64,000 nucleotides of DNA from Cyanophora paradoxa CCMP329 (Eukaryota; Plantae; Glaucophyta). Position numbers and translations under genes: made by a program. Where the stretch lies: contig QPMI01000534.1 in assembly GCA_004431415.1 (NCBI GenBank), positions 186,001 through 250,000 on the forward strand, read 5' to 3'. Positions within the stretch are counted from its first letter, which is position 1, and each line of letters begins with the position of its first letter. Below, piece after piece: positions 10,250 to 22,070 of this stretch. The notes below the pieces were generated by a model. The model was not told where the DNA came from and did no database searches. It saw only the letters and a program-made list of their open reading frames with translations.

Positions 10250-13125
10250 TCACTGCAGCTGGCCTATATCGATCGCAGAACGCTCGCTGAAATCGACATC
10301 GCCCGCGTCGATATCGATGCCGGGCGCGATCTCGAAGATCGGGCCGGTCGAGGGCTGTACAAGTACATGCAGTTGCTCGAGCCACTCGATCCCGAGCGCG
10401 GCGGGCGGCTCGAGCTCGAAGGGGGCGGGGGCGGCAAAGGATGGGAGCTCGAGGTGCAGCGCCGGCTCGCCCGCGCCGAGGCCGTGGCCAGGGGTGCCGG
10501 CCGCGACGGGCCCGCTGCTGGTGCTGCCCGCCGCCGAGCTCGAGCCCGGGTACGGGTGCGGTTGCGGATGGGCGAGAGAGGCGCCGGCGTTCGGATCGAG
10601 GAAGCCGTCGGATCCCTCCTCCCACTCGACCGTGAGCTCATCCTCCTCCTCCTCCCACTCCTCGTCATCGCTGACGGTGGCGCCGGCGGCGCCGGCAAAT
10701 CCGGCCGCGGCGGCCGCGGCACCGGCGGCACCGGCAGAGAGATCGGGCGGGCTCGCCGGGAGGCTTGCGGGAAGGCCGAGGGCGCCACGGCTCCGTGGCC
10801 GCCCCGCGCGGGGCTCCCTATCGGGCCCCGAGCTGGAGCCCGCGTCCGACTCCTCCTTCGGGTCGCCGCTGCCTTGAGCACTTCGACGTCTCCGGTTCCG
10901 GCCGCCGCCCCGTGCCGTCTTGCCCTCAGCCGACCGGGCCCTAAACTCCTTCTTTCCCTTGCCCCGCGCGGGGGTCAGGTCTCGGTAGAGTGCGGCCAGG
11001 CCCCGCCTCAGCTCGTCGGCCGTCTGGCCTGCGCCGGGCTCGGGTCCGAGGGGGGTACCATCTCCTGCAGGCGGGGCGCACCTTCCAGAGCGGCGTACCC
11101 CGCGAACAGCTCCGCCGTGGCTGCGAAGCGCGGCTCCTACCGGGGGTACAGTGAGCTAGAAGGGGGGTGGAGGGGGGGGGGGGCGCACGGCGTCCTGGAG
11201 CGGGGGGGCGGGCGTGGCGCCGGGGGTAGGGGCCAGCAGCCCGGAGACGCGGTCGAGGAGCCTCGAGCTGGCAAGGCGCCTCGCCTGCCCGGGGCCCGGG
11301 GCCGGGGGCTCGTCGTCCTCGAAGTAGAGGCAGACGGGGCCCACGGGGATACCGGCGCGGCCCTGCCGCGCGACCTGCGCACGTGCACGCCGGGGGCCGG
11401 AGTTCAGAGGGGGTACGCATACGGAGCCGCGGATCGGGGTCCAGGGCGGGTCGGGTCGGGGGTACACGCACCGCCGCGGCCTCGGCGACGGCGGCGGCGT
11501 CCGACTCGGAGAGGGTACCCCGGAGGCTGGAGACGAGGGCGGCGGCGAGGCGGGAGGCGAGGAACTCGCGCAGGGGCAGGTGGACGGGAAGGGGGCGGGC
11601 GGGTCCCCACAGCAGCCCGTCCGGCTGTCCTGCGACCGGCACGGGCACGGGCCCGAGGCGGGGGGGAACGAGCTCCGAGAGGGCCGCCGCGGCGCGCCGG
11701 AAGGGCCCCAGGGACTGCAGGGCCCCGGCCAGGGTACCCAGCGAGTCGTGCGGATCGAGCACGACTGCGGCGGGGGTTCAGGATACAGCGAGTTCGAGGT
11801 CCAAGGGGCGCGTACCCCGGGCGACGCCCGAGTCCAGAAACTCCTCGCGGGTTCGGATCTCGGAGGTGGCAGATCGCTCGTAGAGCCCGAGCGCCGTGAG
11901 CGCCGCGGCCTGCCGTCGGCAGCGGCGGTCTCAGCAACAGAGAACAAAGGGCGGGGGCTTGATGGCGAGGCGCGAACCAGGATTCGAAAGGCTCGGCGGA
12001 CGGCCTTCGCGCACTCGGATCCCATTTGCCGGAAACCTTCTGGATCATAGGCCGCATTTCTAATGTCAGATTGCGCCAGCTCCGCGAGGTGCTGCGGAAC
12101 CGCGCCCGTGAGCCGCGGCGCGCGTGCGCGCGCGCGCGTGCGCGCGCGCGCGTGCGCAGCGCGTGACTCACGAGGCGGGCGCGCTTCGCCAGAGGCTGGA
12201 GGTGCGCCCACTCCGCCTTCCCGCCCCCGAGCAGCAGGAGGGACGCAACCTCGCGCGCATACGCCGCCGCCTGCGCACGCGCGTGCCGCCGCGGATCAAA
12301 TTTGATCCGGATCGAAGGGGGGGGAAGCCGTACCGAGTCAGCAGCGCCAGTGGTGCGGGCGTCCTCGGACCAGCCGAGCTTGTTCTTCAGCGCCCTCTTC
12401 CAGAGGCGGCAGCGGACGGCGATGCCGATCGCGTCGCAGAAGGACGGCCGTCCCTGCAGGAACGCCGCTCCCTGCGGGGCCGCCGCCGCGCGCGCGCGCA
12501 GTCAGCCGAGGCGGAGCTCGAAGCGCGGCGCAGGGCGCGCGCCTTGAGGAGGGCGAAGAGCTCGTCGAGGCCGAGGCCCATGTCGACGAGCCGCGCCACC
12601 AGCGCCCCGTCGTCCTCCGCCGCCGCCCCCGAGCCGAGGTCGAGCAGCAGCTTCAGATCCTCGAAGCTGACCTGCTCCCGCTCGATTGCAAGCCGCACCT
12701 CCGCTCGCGACGTGCCTGCAATTGCAACGCGTCACGCTCAGCACGCCAGCGCGTGGCTATAGCCGCGAGCTCGCCTGCTGGACTAGCTGGAGTGCTAGCG
12801 CCACGGCGGGACAAGGGGCGGAGTGCACACCCTCGTCGCTCACGCAATCGTTGAAGTTCGTGTCGAGAAGTCCGAAGCAAGCGATCGCGGCCTCGCTCGC
12901 CTCAAAGACGGGCGCGATGCCGTGCAGAGGACTCTCCAGCGCGAGCGCTGTGATCAGGCTTCTGTCCACGCCCTCGCGCACTACATACGCGTGTGGAAGA
13001 GGGTCTGCCGGGTGCTGCTCGAGCCGCGGCCGGTGCGAACTCGAAGGTCTATGGCCATGAGGCGAATGCGCATGCTCGCGCTTCCGCTTTGCAATTGCCA
13101 GCCAGGAGCTTTGCTTGAGCTCCAT
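10250..13125 (-). CDS. Orphan multi-exon protein, family copy B (paralog of 1449-3819)
   Basis: HPADPLPHAYVVREGVDRSLITALALESP, FEDLKLLLDLGSGAAAEDDGALVARLVDMGLGLDELFALLK and EFLASRLAAALVSSLRG match copy A with many synonymous changes. The C-terminus is divergent. Confidence 0.65.
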
Positions 13126-13738
13126 CGCCAGTTGATCAAGCTTCCGAAGCAAATGCTTGCTCCCCGCGCGCGTTCGCCTGCAGCTGCTCGTCCGATGTCG
13201 AAGCGAATGCTCGGCTCCGATTGGATCCGCCCGCCTGCAAGCTGCAGTCTAGAGCTGGAGCTATAAGTGACGCTGCGATGATAAGACTGCGCACGTGGCT
13301 GCGCTGCGTTTGCCGCGGCCGCGGGCTCGACTGTCAGGTGGCTAAGTTGGTGTACCCCACCACGTGACCGACTTGCGGCAGCGCGGCTCGCTGGACGTGG
13401 CTGAACTCGCTGGCAGCGGCGCGGCTGGCAGCGGTCGAGGGCGCGGCGTCCGACGGTCGGCGCCGGCCGCGGCGCGCGCGCGCGCCCGGCGCCCGGGGCC
13501 GGGCCGGCCGCGGCTGCGGCCGCGGTGCGGCCACGGCCGCGGTCGCGGCTCGCCGGGCGGGGGCGGAGGTGGATTCGGAGCCCTCGGAGGCGGAGCTCTA
13601 GATCTAGGCGATTGGCGATTCATGAATATGCATATGCATATGAAAGATGTCGACGTCATCGGCCCGCGTCGGCAGCCCGTGCGCAGGGATCGATGCAGGA
13701 ACCGCTGTACATAGGCACGAATAGCTATGTATACTGGG

Positions 13739-15740
13739 CTACCTGACGGGGGCGCCCGCGGGGCCCCCCGTGGGGCTCGCCGCCCCCTCCGGCTGCCTCG
13801 CCCCCCACATCAGCTTGCCCGTCACGTCGCCCACCCAGTCCGACGTCTGCAGCCGGGCGGCCCCGCCCCGCCCCGCCCGGTTTGCGCTGGATGGGGAGGG
13901 GTGGGAGGGGCGGGGGGTACGTGGACGAACCGTGTCCTCGGAGCGGCTGACGGCGGGCAGGGGGTACGGGCTCTCCTGGACCTCCACGGCCTGCCGCGGC
14001 CAGATCAAATTCAAACTCAATCACGGGCAGCTACAGGGCCGCCCCGGGGGGGAGGAGGAGGGCGGGGCGGGGCGGGCGGCGTGACTCACGTCGCCTGGGG
14101 CCAGCTTCTGGGGGAACCGGCCATCGAACGTCGCCGTGGCCCCGCACCGGCTCCCCTCCGCCACCTGGGTACGGCTCACGCGGATGGAAGGGGGGGGAGA
14201 AGCGGCGGGGGGCGGGCCTTGACGCGGAGGGGTACGCCGTGGGGAAGAACCAGGGGCCGGAAGGAGAGCGCCCGGGGGGAGATGGGTACCACCAGCAGGG
14301 CCTGGGCGAGGTCAGGGGTACAGAGACCAAAAAGGTGCGGGGGTACAAGGACCTCGACGGACGGGTGGACCATGGGGCCCCCCGCGTTGAGCGCGTAGGC
14401 GGTCGAACCCGTCGCCGAGGAGACGATGATTCTGCGGGGTCCCAGGCCGCGGGGGTACAGCCTTCAGCGGGAGCGGGGCGGATTTGGCGGGGACCGGACG
14501 GGGGCGTACCCGTCGGCGGGCATGGTGGCGGCGAGGCGGCCGCCGCAGAAGAGCTGCGCGTGGGCGCGGGTCAGAGGAGTCAGAGGGGCGGAATGCAGCC
14601 GGCAGCACCTGAAACTCCGGCATGTTGAGCTCCGCGCCACTGGAGCCCGGAGGGGAAGACAGTCAGAGCGGAGAGGGAGGGGCGGGGAGGGGCCGGGGTA
14701 CCGGTGCACGGCGAGCTCGTTCAGCGCGTGGACCTGCCGCACGGCTACCGCAATGTCGGCCGGGGGGTAGGAGGGAGGGCGAAGAGTGGGTGGGGTAGGG
14801 GCGCACAGCAGGGCGGCTCGCCGGACCCCGGCGGCGCCTGTGTTGCCGTGCGGACGCTGCAAGTGAGCCGCGACCGCCTCACCATCGGCGCGCTACCCTG
14901 CCGCGGCGTTTAAGAGGGGGTACAGCGTTCGGGAGTGGGGGGTACGCGCTTCGAGGACGCCGGAGAGGACGGAGGGGTAGTCGTCGAATCGGAAGGGGGT
15001 GAGGAAGCCGAGGGTACCCAGGCTGAAAGAGACAACGGGCGGTACCTGCAAGGCGCCTTCGGATCGCGAGGGGGGGCGGGTACGCGGGGCGGGGAAGGGT
15101 ACGGGGTTGGACTGGAAGAGGGAGGAGACGTGGAGGAGGGTACCGTCGCCGCCGAATGTGACGACGCCGTCGATATCGCCGGCCGCATGGTCGAGCGTGA
15201 ACGTGTTCTCGCTCGTGTCGCCTTCGCGGCGCGGGCTCCGGGGTCAGCGCCGCCGCGGATCGCGGGAACAGGGCGCCGCACGCGTGTGGATGGCCTCAAA
15301 GTGCGGCAGGTCGCATCTCGTCGTCTCCTGCGAACGCGGGCCCGTCAACGCGGACGACGGCTCAAGTTGCAAGCCGAGCGGAGCGGCGGCGCGGCGGGCG
15401 GGAGGCGCCAGTCGGGGCCTGCTGCCGCTCACCTCGACAAGCACGCGTACGCCGCGCTCCAGCAGCCATCTGCGCTCCGCACGGCCCGTCAGCGCCGGCG
15501 CGGCGCAGGCCCGCCGGCTTCAGCGCGCGCGCGCGCCGCACCGGTACAACGCACTTGCCAGTCTTGTCGAGCGCGGCTGTCGTCCGGTCGTCCTTGCGCT
15601 TTTTGACGAGCAGGAGCGTTTGGGGCGGCTTCGGCCACCGGAGCGCCCCACGCGCCGCGGCTAGCGCCGCTGCGCTTGTTTATCAGCGTGCCGCGGCCCA
15701 CGGCGCGTGCGCGGGGCGCGTAGAAACGCGACTCACCCAT
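13739..15740 (-). CDS. NAD(H) kinase, POS5-like, spliced
   Basis: Spliced: [33 protein letters not shown] (GGDGT), [24 protein letters not shown] (NE motif), [56 protein letters not shown]. Confidence 0.93.
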
Positions 15741-16016
15741 TTGATGCCAAACTTCAGTACCCCGCTAGACCTCAGGCTCGACTCCCGGCGGGCTGGTTCT
15801 CGATTTGCGGCGGTCGGTTGGCGCACAGCCCGCGAGCAAGCCCGGAACCGACCAGAGGCCCACAGCACTGCCTCAGACCCTCAAATAGCGTTTGCGATGC
15901 ACCGGACCTCTAGCTAGGTGGCCGCAGGGCGAGAATCGGCATTCGTGCCCGGGAACCGTCAGCAGCGCACTCCGGCACGCGAACGCGGCCGAATAGGCGG
16001 CAAGGAGCGCCTGCAG

Positions 16017-19000
16017 ATGGCGGGCACGCCGCGCTCGCTGACGATGGCTGCCGCGGGGCGTGCGCCGCCGTCCCTCACGATGCCGGCCTCGCCGCGGGTC
16101 CCCGCATCCTTGACGATGATGGAGCCCTCGAAAGAGAGTGGATGGAACCGCGTCCGAAACGCGCTGGGGTCGACGCGGATCCCGCACAGCTTCACGATAG
16201 GCTCGCCCCGGCTGCCGGCGGGCGCGCCTCAGAAGGTGGAGGTGGAGGAGACGGACACGATCCTGGAGCTGCGGGATCTGTTTGCCACGCGGCGGCCCCA
16301 CGAGCGGGACGACGAGACGCTCCGGAGGCGCGCCGCCGCGCCCTGCCGCCGCCCCCGCTGCCCCCGCGCCCCGCCGACGCGCTGGGGCCGCCGCGCAGGA
16401 TGCTGCGCCTGACGCAGACGATGCGCTTCTTCAAGAGCGTTTCCCACAACCCCGAGCTCCACCGCGAGATCCTCCGCCAGGCCCGCCCCGCCCCGCGCTG
16501 CCCCGCCCCGTCTTCTCTGAGGCGCGGCGGCCCCTCGGGCAGGTGCGCTACGAGAAGCGCGGGCCCGAGGAGGACATCGTCGTCGAGACCGAGCCCGCCA
16601 ACGCGTTCTACATCATCCTCTCGGTACCCCCCGCCGAGCCTTCCCCGGGGCTTCTTCCCCCCCCTGACTCGGACGGCGGCGGCAGGGCTCGTGCGCGGTG
16701 TTCAAGCACGAGCGGGGCCAGGGCGAGGGCAAGCTCGTCATCCGCAAGCTCTTCGTGGGCGACTCCTTCGGCGAGATCGGGCTCATGGCCGTCAACGTCC
16801 TGTGCGCCCGTACCCCCGCTTCGTCCCGCCCCCGTGACGTCATCGCTCCTTTCGGGGTACAGGAACATCCGGTCCGCGAACGTGCGTACCCAGGAGACGA
16901 GCGAGATCCTGGCGCTGCCGCGCCCCGCGTACGACAGGCTCCTCCGGGTACGCGATGTGGCGCGCCCCGCGCCCTCTCTTCCTCTGATTTCTGTACCCCA
17001 GCGCCTGCACGAGGAGCGCTTGAAAGCCAAGATCGACTTTTTCCGGCGCCTGCCCATCTTCCAGGCGAGCCCGTACCCCCCTGCCTCGCTCCTCGCACCC
17101 CCGCGCCCACGGCCGGGGTACCCCTCCAGAGCGACTTCCAGCTCTCGAGGCGCCGCGTGTTCGACGCCGCCTACAACGGCCGCATCGAAACGTACGACAA
17201 GGACGAGTGTTCGTGCCCGCACCCCTACCCCCCTCCCGCCCCGTCCCGACCTCACCGCACCCCCTTCCTCCTTCCCCTCTCGCAGACATCGTGCGCCAGG
17301 GGGAGGATTCGACCCCGGGGGTCTACTTCGTCATGTCGGGGGAGGTACCTTTCCACCCACCCCCACCCCCCTCCCCCCGCCTCTCCCCCCTCCACCCCCC
17401 ACCCCCCACCCTTCCTCCCTCCCCCCTCCCTGCTCATCGAGCGGAGCAGGTCTCGGTGATCCAGACCCAGACCCTCGAGGTGCTCCTCCTACCCCCCTCC
17501 CTCCCCTCCCCCCCCGGCTCACCCCCCCTCGCCAGGACGGGGGCCGGCGGGTGCACGTGGAGGTGGAGACGGACCGCCTCGAGGCCCTCGACTACTTCGG
17601 CGAGCGCGCCGTCCTGTCCGCACCGCCCCCCGCCCCCCGACCCCGGCCCCCGCCCCCGCCCGGCGATCCCGATGGTCGGATTCCAAGATCTCGCTCGCGG
17701 AAGAATAGCGCGATGCGAGACTAGAGACTTGATTCGGCCATTTTCAGATAACCCGAGGCTCACCCCGGACCGCCCCCGCGCAGGCACAACACGCGGCGGA
17801 CCTCCTCCGTCCGCGCCCTCGTCCCCACCCAGGTGCCCCCTACCCCTCCCCGGCTTCTTCTCCCCCCCCTCCTTCGCCCGCCGACCCCTTGGAAGATCAT
17901 GCGGCTCCACCGGACCGACTTCCTCAAGCGTGCGCGCGGCCGTACCCCTCCACAGAATGGTCGTACCCGTCGCTTGCTCACAGATCGCGTACCCCCGCAG
18001 ACATCCAGCGGAGCGTGCTGGCCGTCATGCGCGACCACAGCTCCTACTATCCCTGTGCGCCCCCCCGCCCCCACCCCTCCTCTCCACCGCCCCCCCTCCC
18101 CCTCAACTCAACGGCGTACCCCCTCGCCGGGCAGCGGAGGAGGCGGTGAGGCGGGCGATCCTCGACGAGGTTCTTTGGCTCGAGCACAAGGTGGGAGGGG
18201 GGTGGGGGGGAAGAGGTGGGGATGGGGGGAAGGGGGGGTACGCCGGACCTGCCACTAGCACAGTCGTTCAAGGATCCTATGAAAGAGCGACCTATGTCGC
18301 GCGCTCCCGCCCTCGCCCCCGCCCCCGCCCCCGCCCCCGCCCCCGCCCCCGCCCTCCCCCTGGCCGACACAGGGCGAGCGCAGAAGCGGATGCGGCGGGA
18401 CCTCTACGCCGTCGTCGACGCGGAGGCCGAGGACCTCCAGAAGCGGGTACCCCCCTTCCCGTCCGATTCGATTCGATTGGTCGCGCTGTACCCCTCCATC
18501 TGGACGGCTTAGGGTGGGACCCTTCTCTCCCCCCCGCAGGCCGCGATCCAGCCGCCGAAGATCGTGACGCCGCGGATGGGGTACCTCCTCTCCATGGAGA
18601 CACCCGCCTCCGCGGCGGCGGCAGCGGCTGCGGCGGCGGCTGCGGCGGCGTCGCGCCCGCCGCCGGCGAGGCGGCCCAAGCGCAAGGGGGACGGCCCGGG
18701 CTCCAACTCGAGCCGTACCCCCCGGGGCCCCGAGCCGATCCCAGAGGACGCCCCCGCGCCCCCTCCGGCCCCCCCGGAGGCTGCCCCAAACCCTCCCGAA
18801 TCGGCGCGGAGCCAGCGCCCGGCCCCGCGCCCGCCCGCCGTCCCACCTTCCTCCACCCTACGCGGCCACCACCACCACCACCACCCCTCCTCCCACCGAT
18901 CCGCCGTCCCCTCCTCGAGCCTCCGCCGCGCCGCGCCCCCGCCCCCGCCCGTCGTCCTCCCCGCGCCCCCCGCCGCGCCGGGCCTACCCCCCCTTGACCC

Positions 19001-21758
19001 CGCCATGGCCTCGCTCCTAGCCGACTTCAACGTGAGGAACGGTCCCCTGAAGAGCCCGCGGAGTCCTGCGCGGGGGCCCGCCGCCCCGCGCTCAGCTGAG
19101 CCGCGCCGCCCCGGCCCGGACCCGAACCCGAACCTCCCCCGCTCCGCCCACAGCGCCCCCGCCTTCCACCTCGACGACGACGCCAGGTACCCCCCTGCTA
19201 CCCCCCTCCCGTATCTCCTGTACCCCCACCTCACTCCTCCCCCGCCCGGCAGCTCGTCCTCGTCCTCCTCGCGGCGGATGGGCTTCCAGACGGCGATGAG
19301 CATGGCGCGGGGCCACCGGCACGACGCCGGCGGCGGCTGGCTCGAGTGGGGCGGCGGCGGGGGCACTCCCGCCTCCTCCTCGGCCCCCCGCGGGCCCGCC
19401 TCCGCCGCCGCCCTCCGCGAGGCGATGGGCAGCCGCGCCTCCGCTGTCACAGCCTCCGCGGTCGACGTACCCCCCGAAGGGGCGGAGGGGGGTGCCGACC
19501 CGCGGGCGGGCCTTGCCTCGTTCCGCTCCTTTCGGTCCCTCGGGGCCGCCTCCTCGGTCCGCTGGGGCGACGAGGACGGGGGCGGGGGCGAGCCACCGCC
19601 CGGGGAGGAGAGGCCGGGCGGGGACGCCCCCGCCTCGCAGGCCGCGGGGCCCCGCGTGCCGCCGCTGAACGCGGGGGCCCTCGCCGCCGCCGCCGACGCC
19701 GCCCGAAGCGAGGCCGAGGAGGCGCAGAAGGTGCGCGGGCGCCGAGAGATTTCTATCCTCTCAAGCCCTTGGCTAACGCGCCCTGCCCTGCCAAGGCCGC
19801 GGGCGGGAAGGCTGCGGCGGCGGCGTCGGAGCGGCTGAGCTTCCGGGCTGGGGACGCGAACCGGCGGGCCGACTTCGGCTCGCCGGAGTGCCCGCGCCGC
19901 ATATCCATCATCCGCCGCCTCGACCGGTGCCTCCCCTCCCCTTCCCTCTCGATTCTTCTAATCTTCGTACCCCGCGCCCCTTCCGCAGGCGCCCGATGAA
20001 GTTCACGGACCTCGTGGACCAGGTACCCCTACCCCCGCCCCCTTCTTTTCCCCCGCCCCTACCCCCCCTCACTTCCCCCCCCCCCCCAAGGTGCTGGTGC
20101 TGTACTGCGACTTCGCGGGGGGCATGGGCCTCGCGGGGCGCCTCTCCCCCATGGCCCTCGTCGCCCTCCTCGACCGGGTGCCCTCAGCTGAGATCAGATC
20201 TCCAGAGCTCCGCTCAGATCTGAGGCTCCTCGCGCGCTCAGGTGTACGCGGCGATCGCGGGGCGGCTCGAGTCCCTCCGCCTCCGCAAGGCCCGCCTGCC
20301 CCCTCCTCCCCTTCTCCCCTTCCCTCCCGGGCCCGGCTGAGGGGCGGGGCAGGTGGAGCTCGTCTCCGACGCCCTCCTCCTCGTCTCCGGTGCCCCCGCC
20401 CCGCCCCCGCCCCCGCCCCGCCCCATCCGCACGAGAGCCCTAGGATCCGCCTCTGCTCTTGGAGCGGCGCCGCTGCAGCTTAGAAGCGCGGCGCTCCCTC
20501 TCGGGCCGCCCCTTCTGACGCCCCCTCTGCAGGCCTGGGCGCCGGGGCCGCCGCCCCCATCGACCCCGTCGCCATCGGCGACGCCGCCCTAGAGATCACC
20601 GTACCCTCCCCCCCCCCCCCCCCCCCCCCGTAAAGCGCGGGGCCCTGAGCCCGCCGCAGAGGGCCGTGCAGGAGCTGCCCTTCGGGGCCCCCGTCGGGCC
20701 CGACGGCTCCGAGGAGCCCATCCAGGTACCCCCCCCCCCCGCCCCGCAGGAATCTGCCGGGCGCCGAGAGCTCAATCCCCGTACCCCCCCTCAGATGCGG
20801 GCGTGCGTGCACGCCGGCTCCTGCATTGCGGCCCGGCAGGTCTTCGGCAACACGTGGCTCTTCTACGGTGATTCCCGTACCCCCGTCCATCTCCCGTACC
20901 CCTGACCTTCTCCCCCCTCCTCTCCGAAAAAAGACCTCTGGGGCAACGTGGTGTTCGACGTTCAGAAGCAGTGCGATTCGATGGTGCGCGCTTCGATTGA
21001 ATCTCTTTGATTCAGTTTCGTTCGATTGAGTCCGGCGCTCTTTTCCAGTGCCCCCCGAACCGGGCGATGGTGACGCGGGAGGCGGCCCCGTTGCTGTCCC
21101 CCTACTTCCTCCTGGAGGGCGGGGGGGAGGGCGAGCCGGGGGTACCGACCCTCATCTTGGAGCGGAGCATGCGGCACCCCGCGCGGGAGAACGCGGGGCC
21201 CCCGCCGTCCCGCTCGGACCCCGCGGCCGCCGGAGGCCTCGCCTCTTCCCCCGCCTCCCGTCCCGCCTCGCCGGGCGCCGAGGGGGGTGCGGAGTCGAGG
21301 GGCGAGTCGCTGCTGCACGCGGCGCGGCTCGTGGGGCAGCGGAGGGGTACGGTGGGCCCGGCAGTGCCCCTCGTGGGGGCCCGTCACGCCTCGCGGGACG
21401 TCGGGAGGCGCACGTCCGCCATCCTCCTCCCGGAGCCGCCCCCGCCCCGCACCACCTTCACGCCCGTGCCGCCCCCGCCCCCGCCCCCGCCCCGCACCCT
21501 CGAGCTCCCCCCCGCCCCCCCGTGCCCCGCTCCCGCCCGGCCTCGGCCACGGCCACGAGCGCGAGCCGAGGAGGGGCGGCCTCCGGATCCGGTCCAGCGT
21601 CGCGCCCACGGGGCGGGCCCGGGCCCCCGGCACGTGCACGGCCCCGCAGCGTCCGCATGACCGGCACCGTCGCGCCGGGCGGGGGCGGCGGGGCGCACGC
21701 GCCGGCGGCCCCCGCGTCGGCCCCGGGGCCCTTCCGGCGGGCCTCCATGCTCTCGTAG
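16017..21758 (+). CDS. Tandem cyclic-nucleotide-binding domains + low-complexity linker + degenerate class III nucleotidyl cyclase domain
   Basis: CNBD-A FYIILSGSCAV...GDSFGEIGL...IRSANV. CNBD-B VYFVMSGEVSV...DYFGERAVL...RRTSSV. Cyclase-like VLYCDFAG...LSPMALVALLD, KVELVSDALLLVSG, MRACVHAG, YDLWGNVVFDVQK. Stop is at 21660 or 21758 depending on homopolymer indels. Confidence 0.8.
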
Positions 21759-22070
21759 CCCCTCTAGATCTGTCCTCTGCAGCGAAAATGCGACCCATTC
21801 GAATTCTATTTTTATCGATATATCTCGCTCGGACGATATACTACGGTACATCAGGAAGCTTTCTGCGCAACCTCGTCCTTTTAAAAGCTAAAAAGTGCAC
21901 GTGGGCCGTGGTACTGGTGGGTGGGGGTCAGAGCTTCGAATTCATTCATTTGCATCGCATATGCATGCTGCTAATTATAAATCGCATGAAATTCAAACGA
22001 ATGGGAAGGCATATGCACATGCTTCGGTAACTTGACATGACGCTGCCGTTTCCCGTAAAACGCTTATCTA

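Noticed and set aside
7668-12211. Long Pro/Arg/Gly/Ala-rich ORFs (e.g. 7668-9422 -, 10172-11899 +)
   Set aside because: Stop-poor by-products of very high GC, overlapping better-supported spliced genes on the opposite strand.
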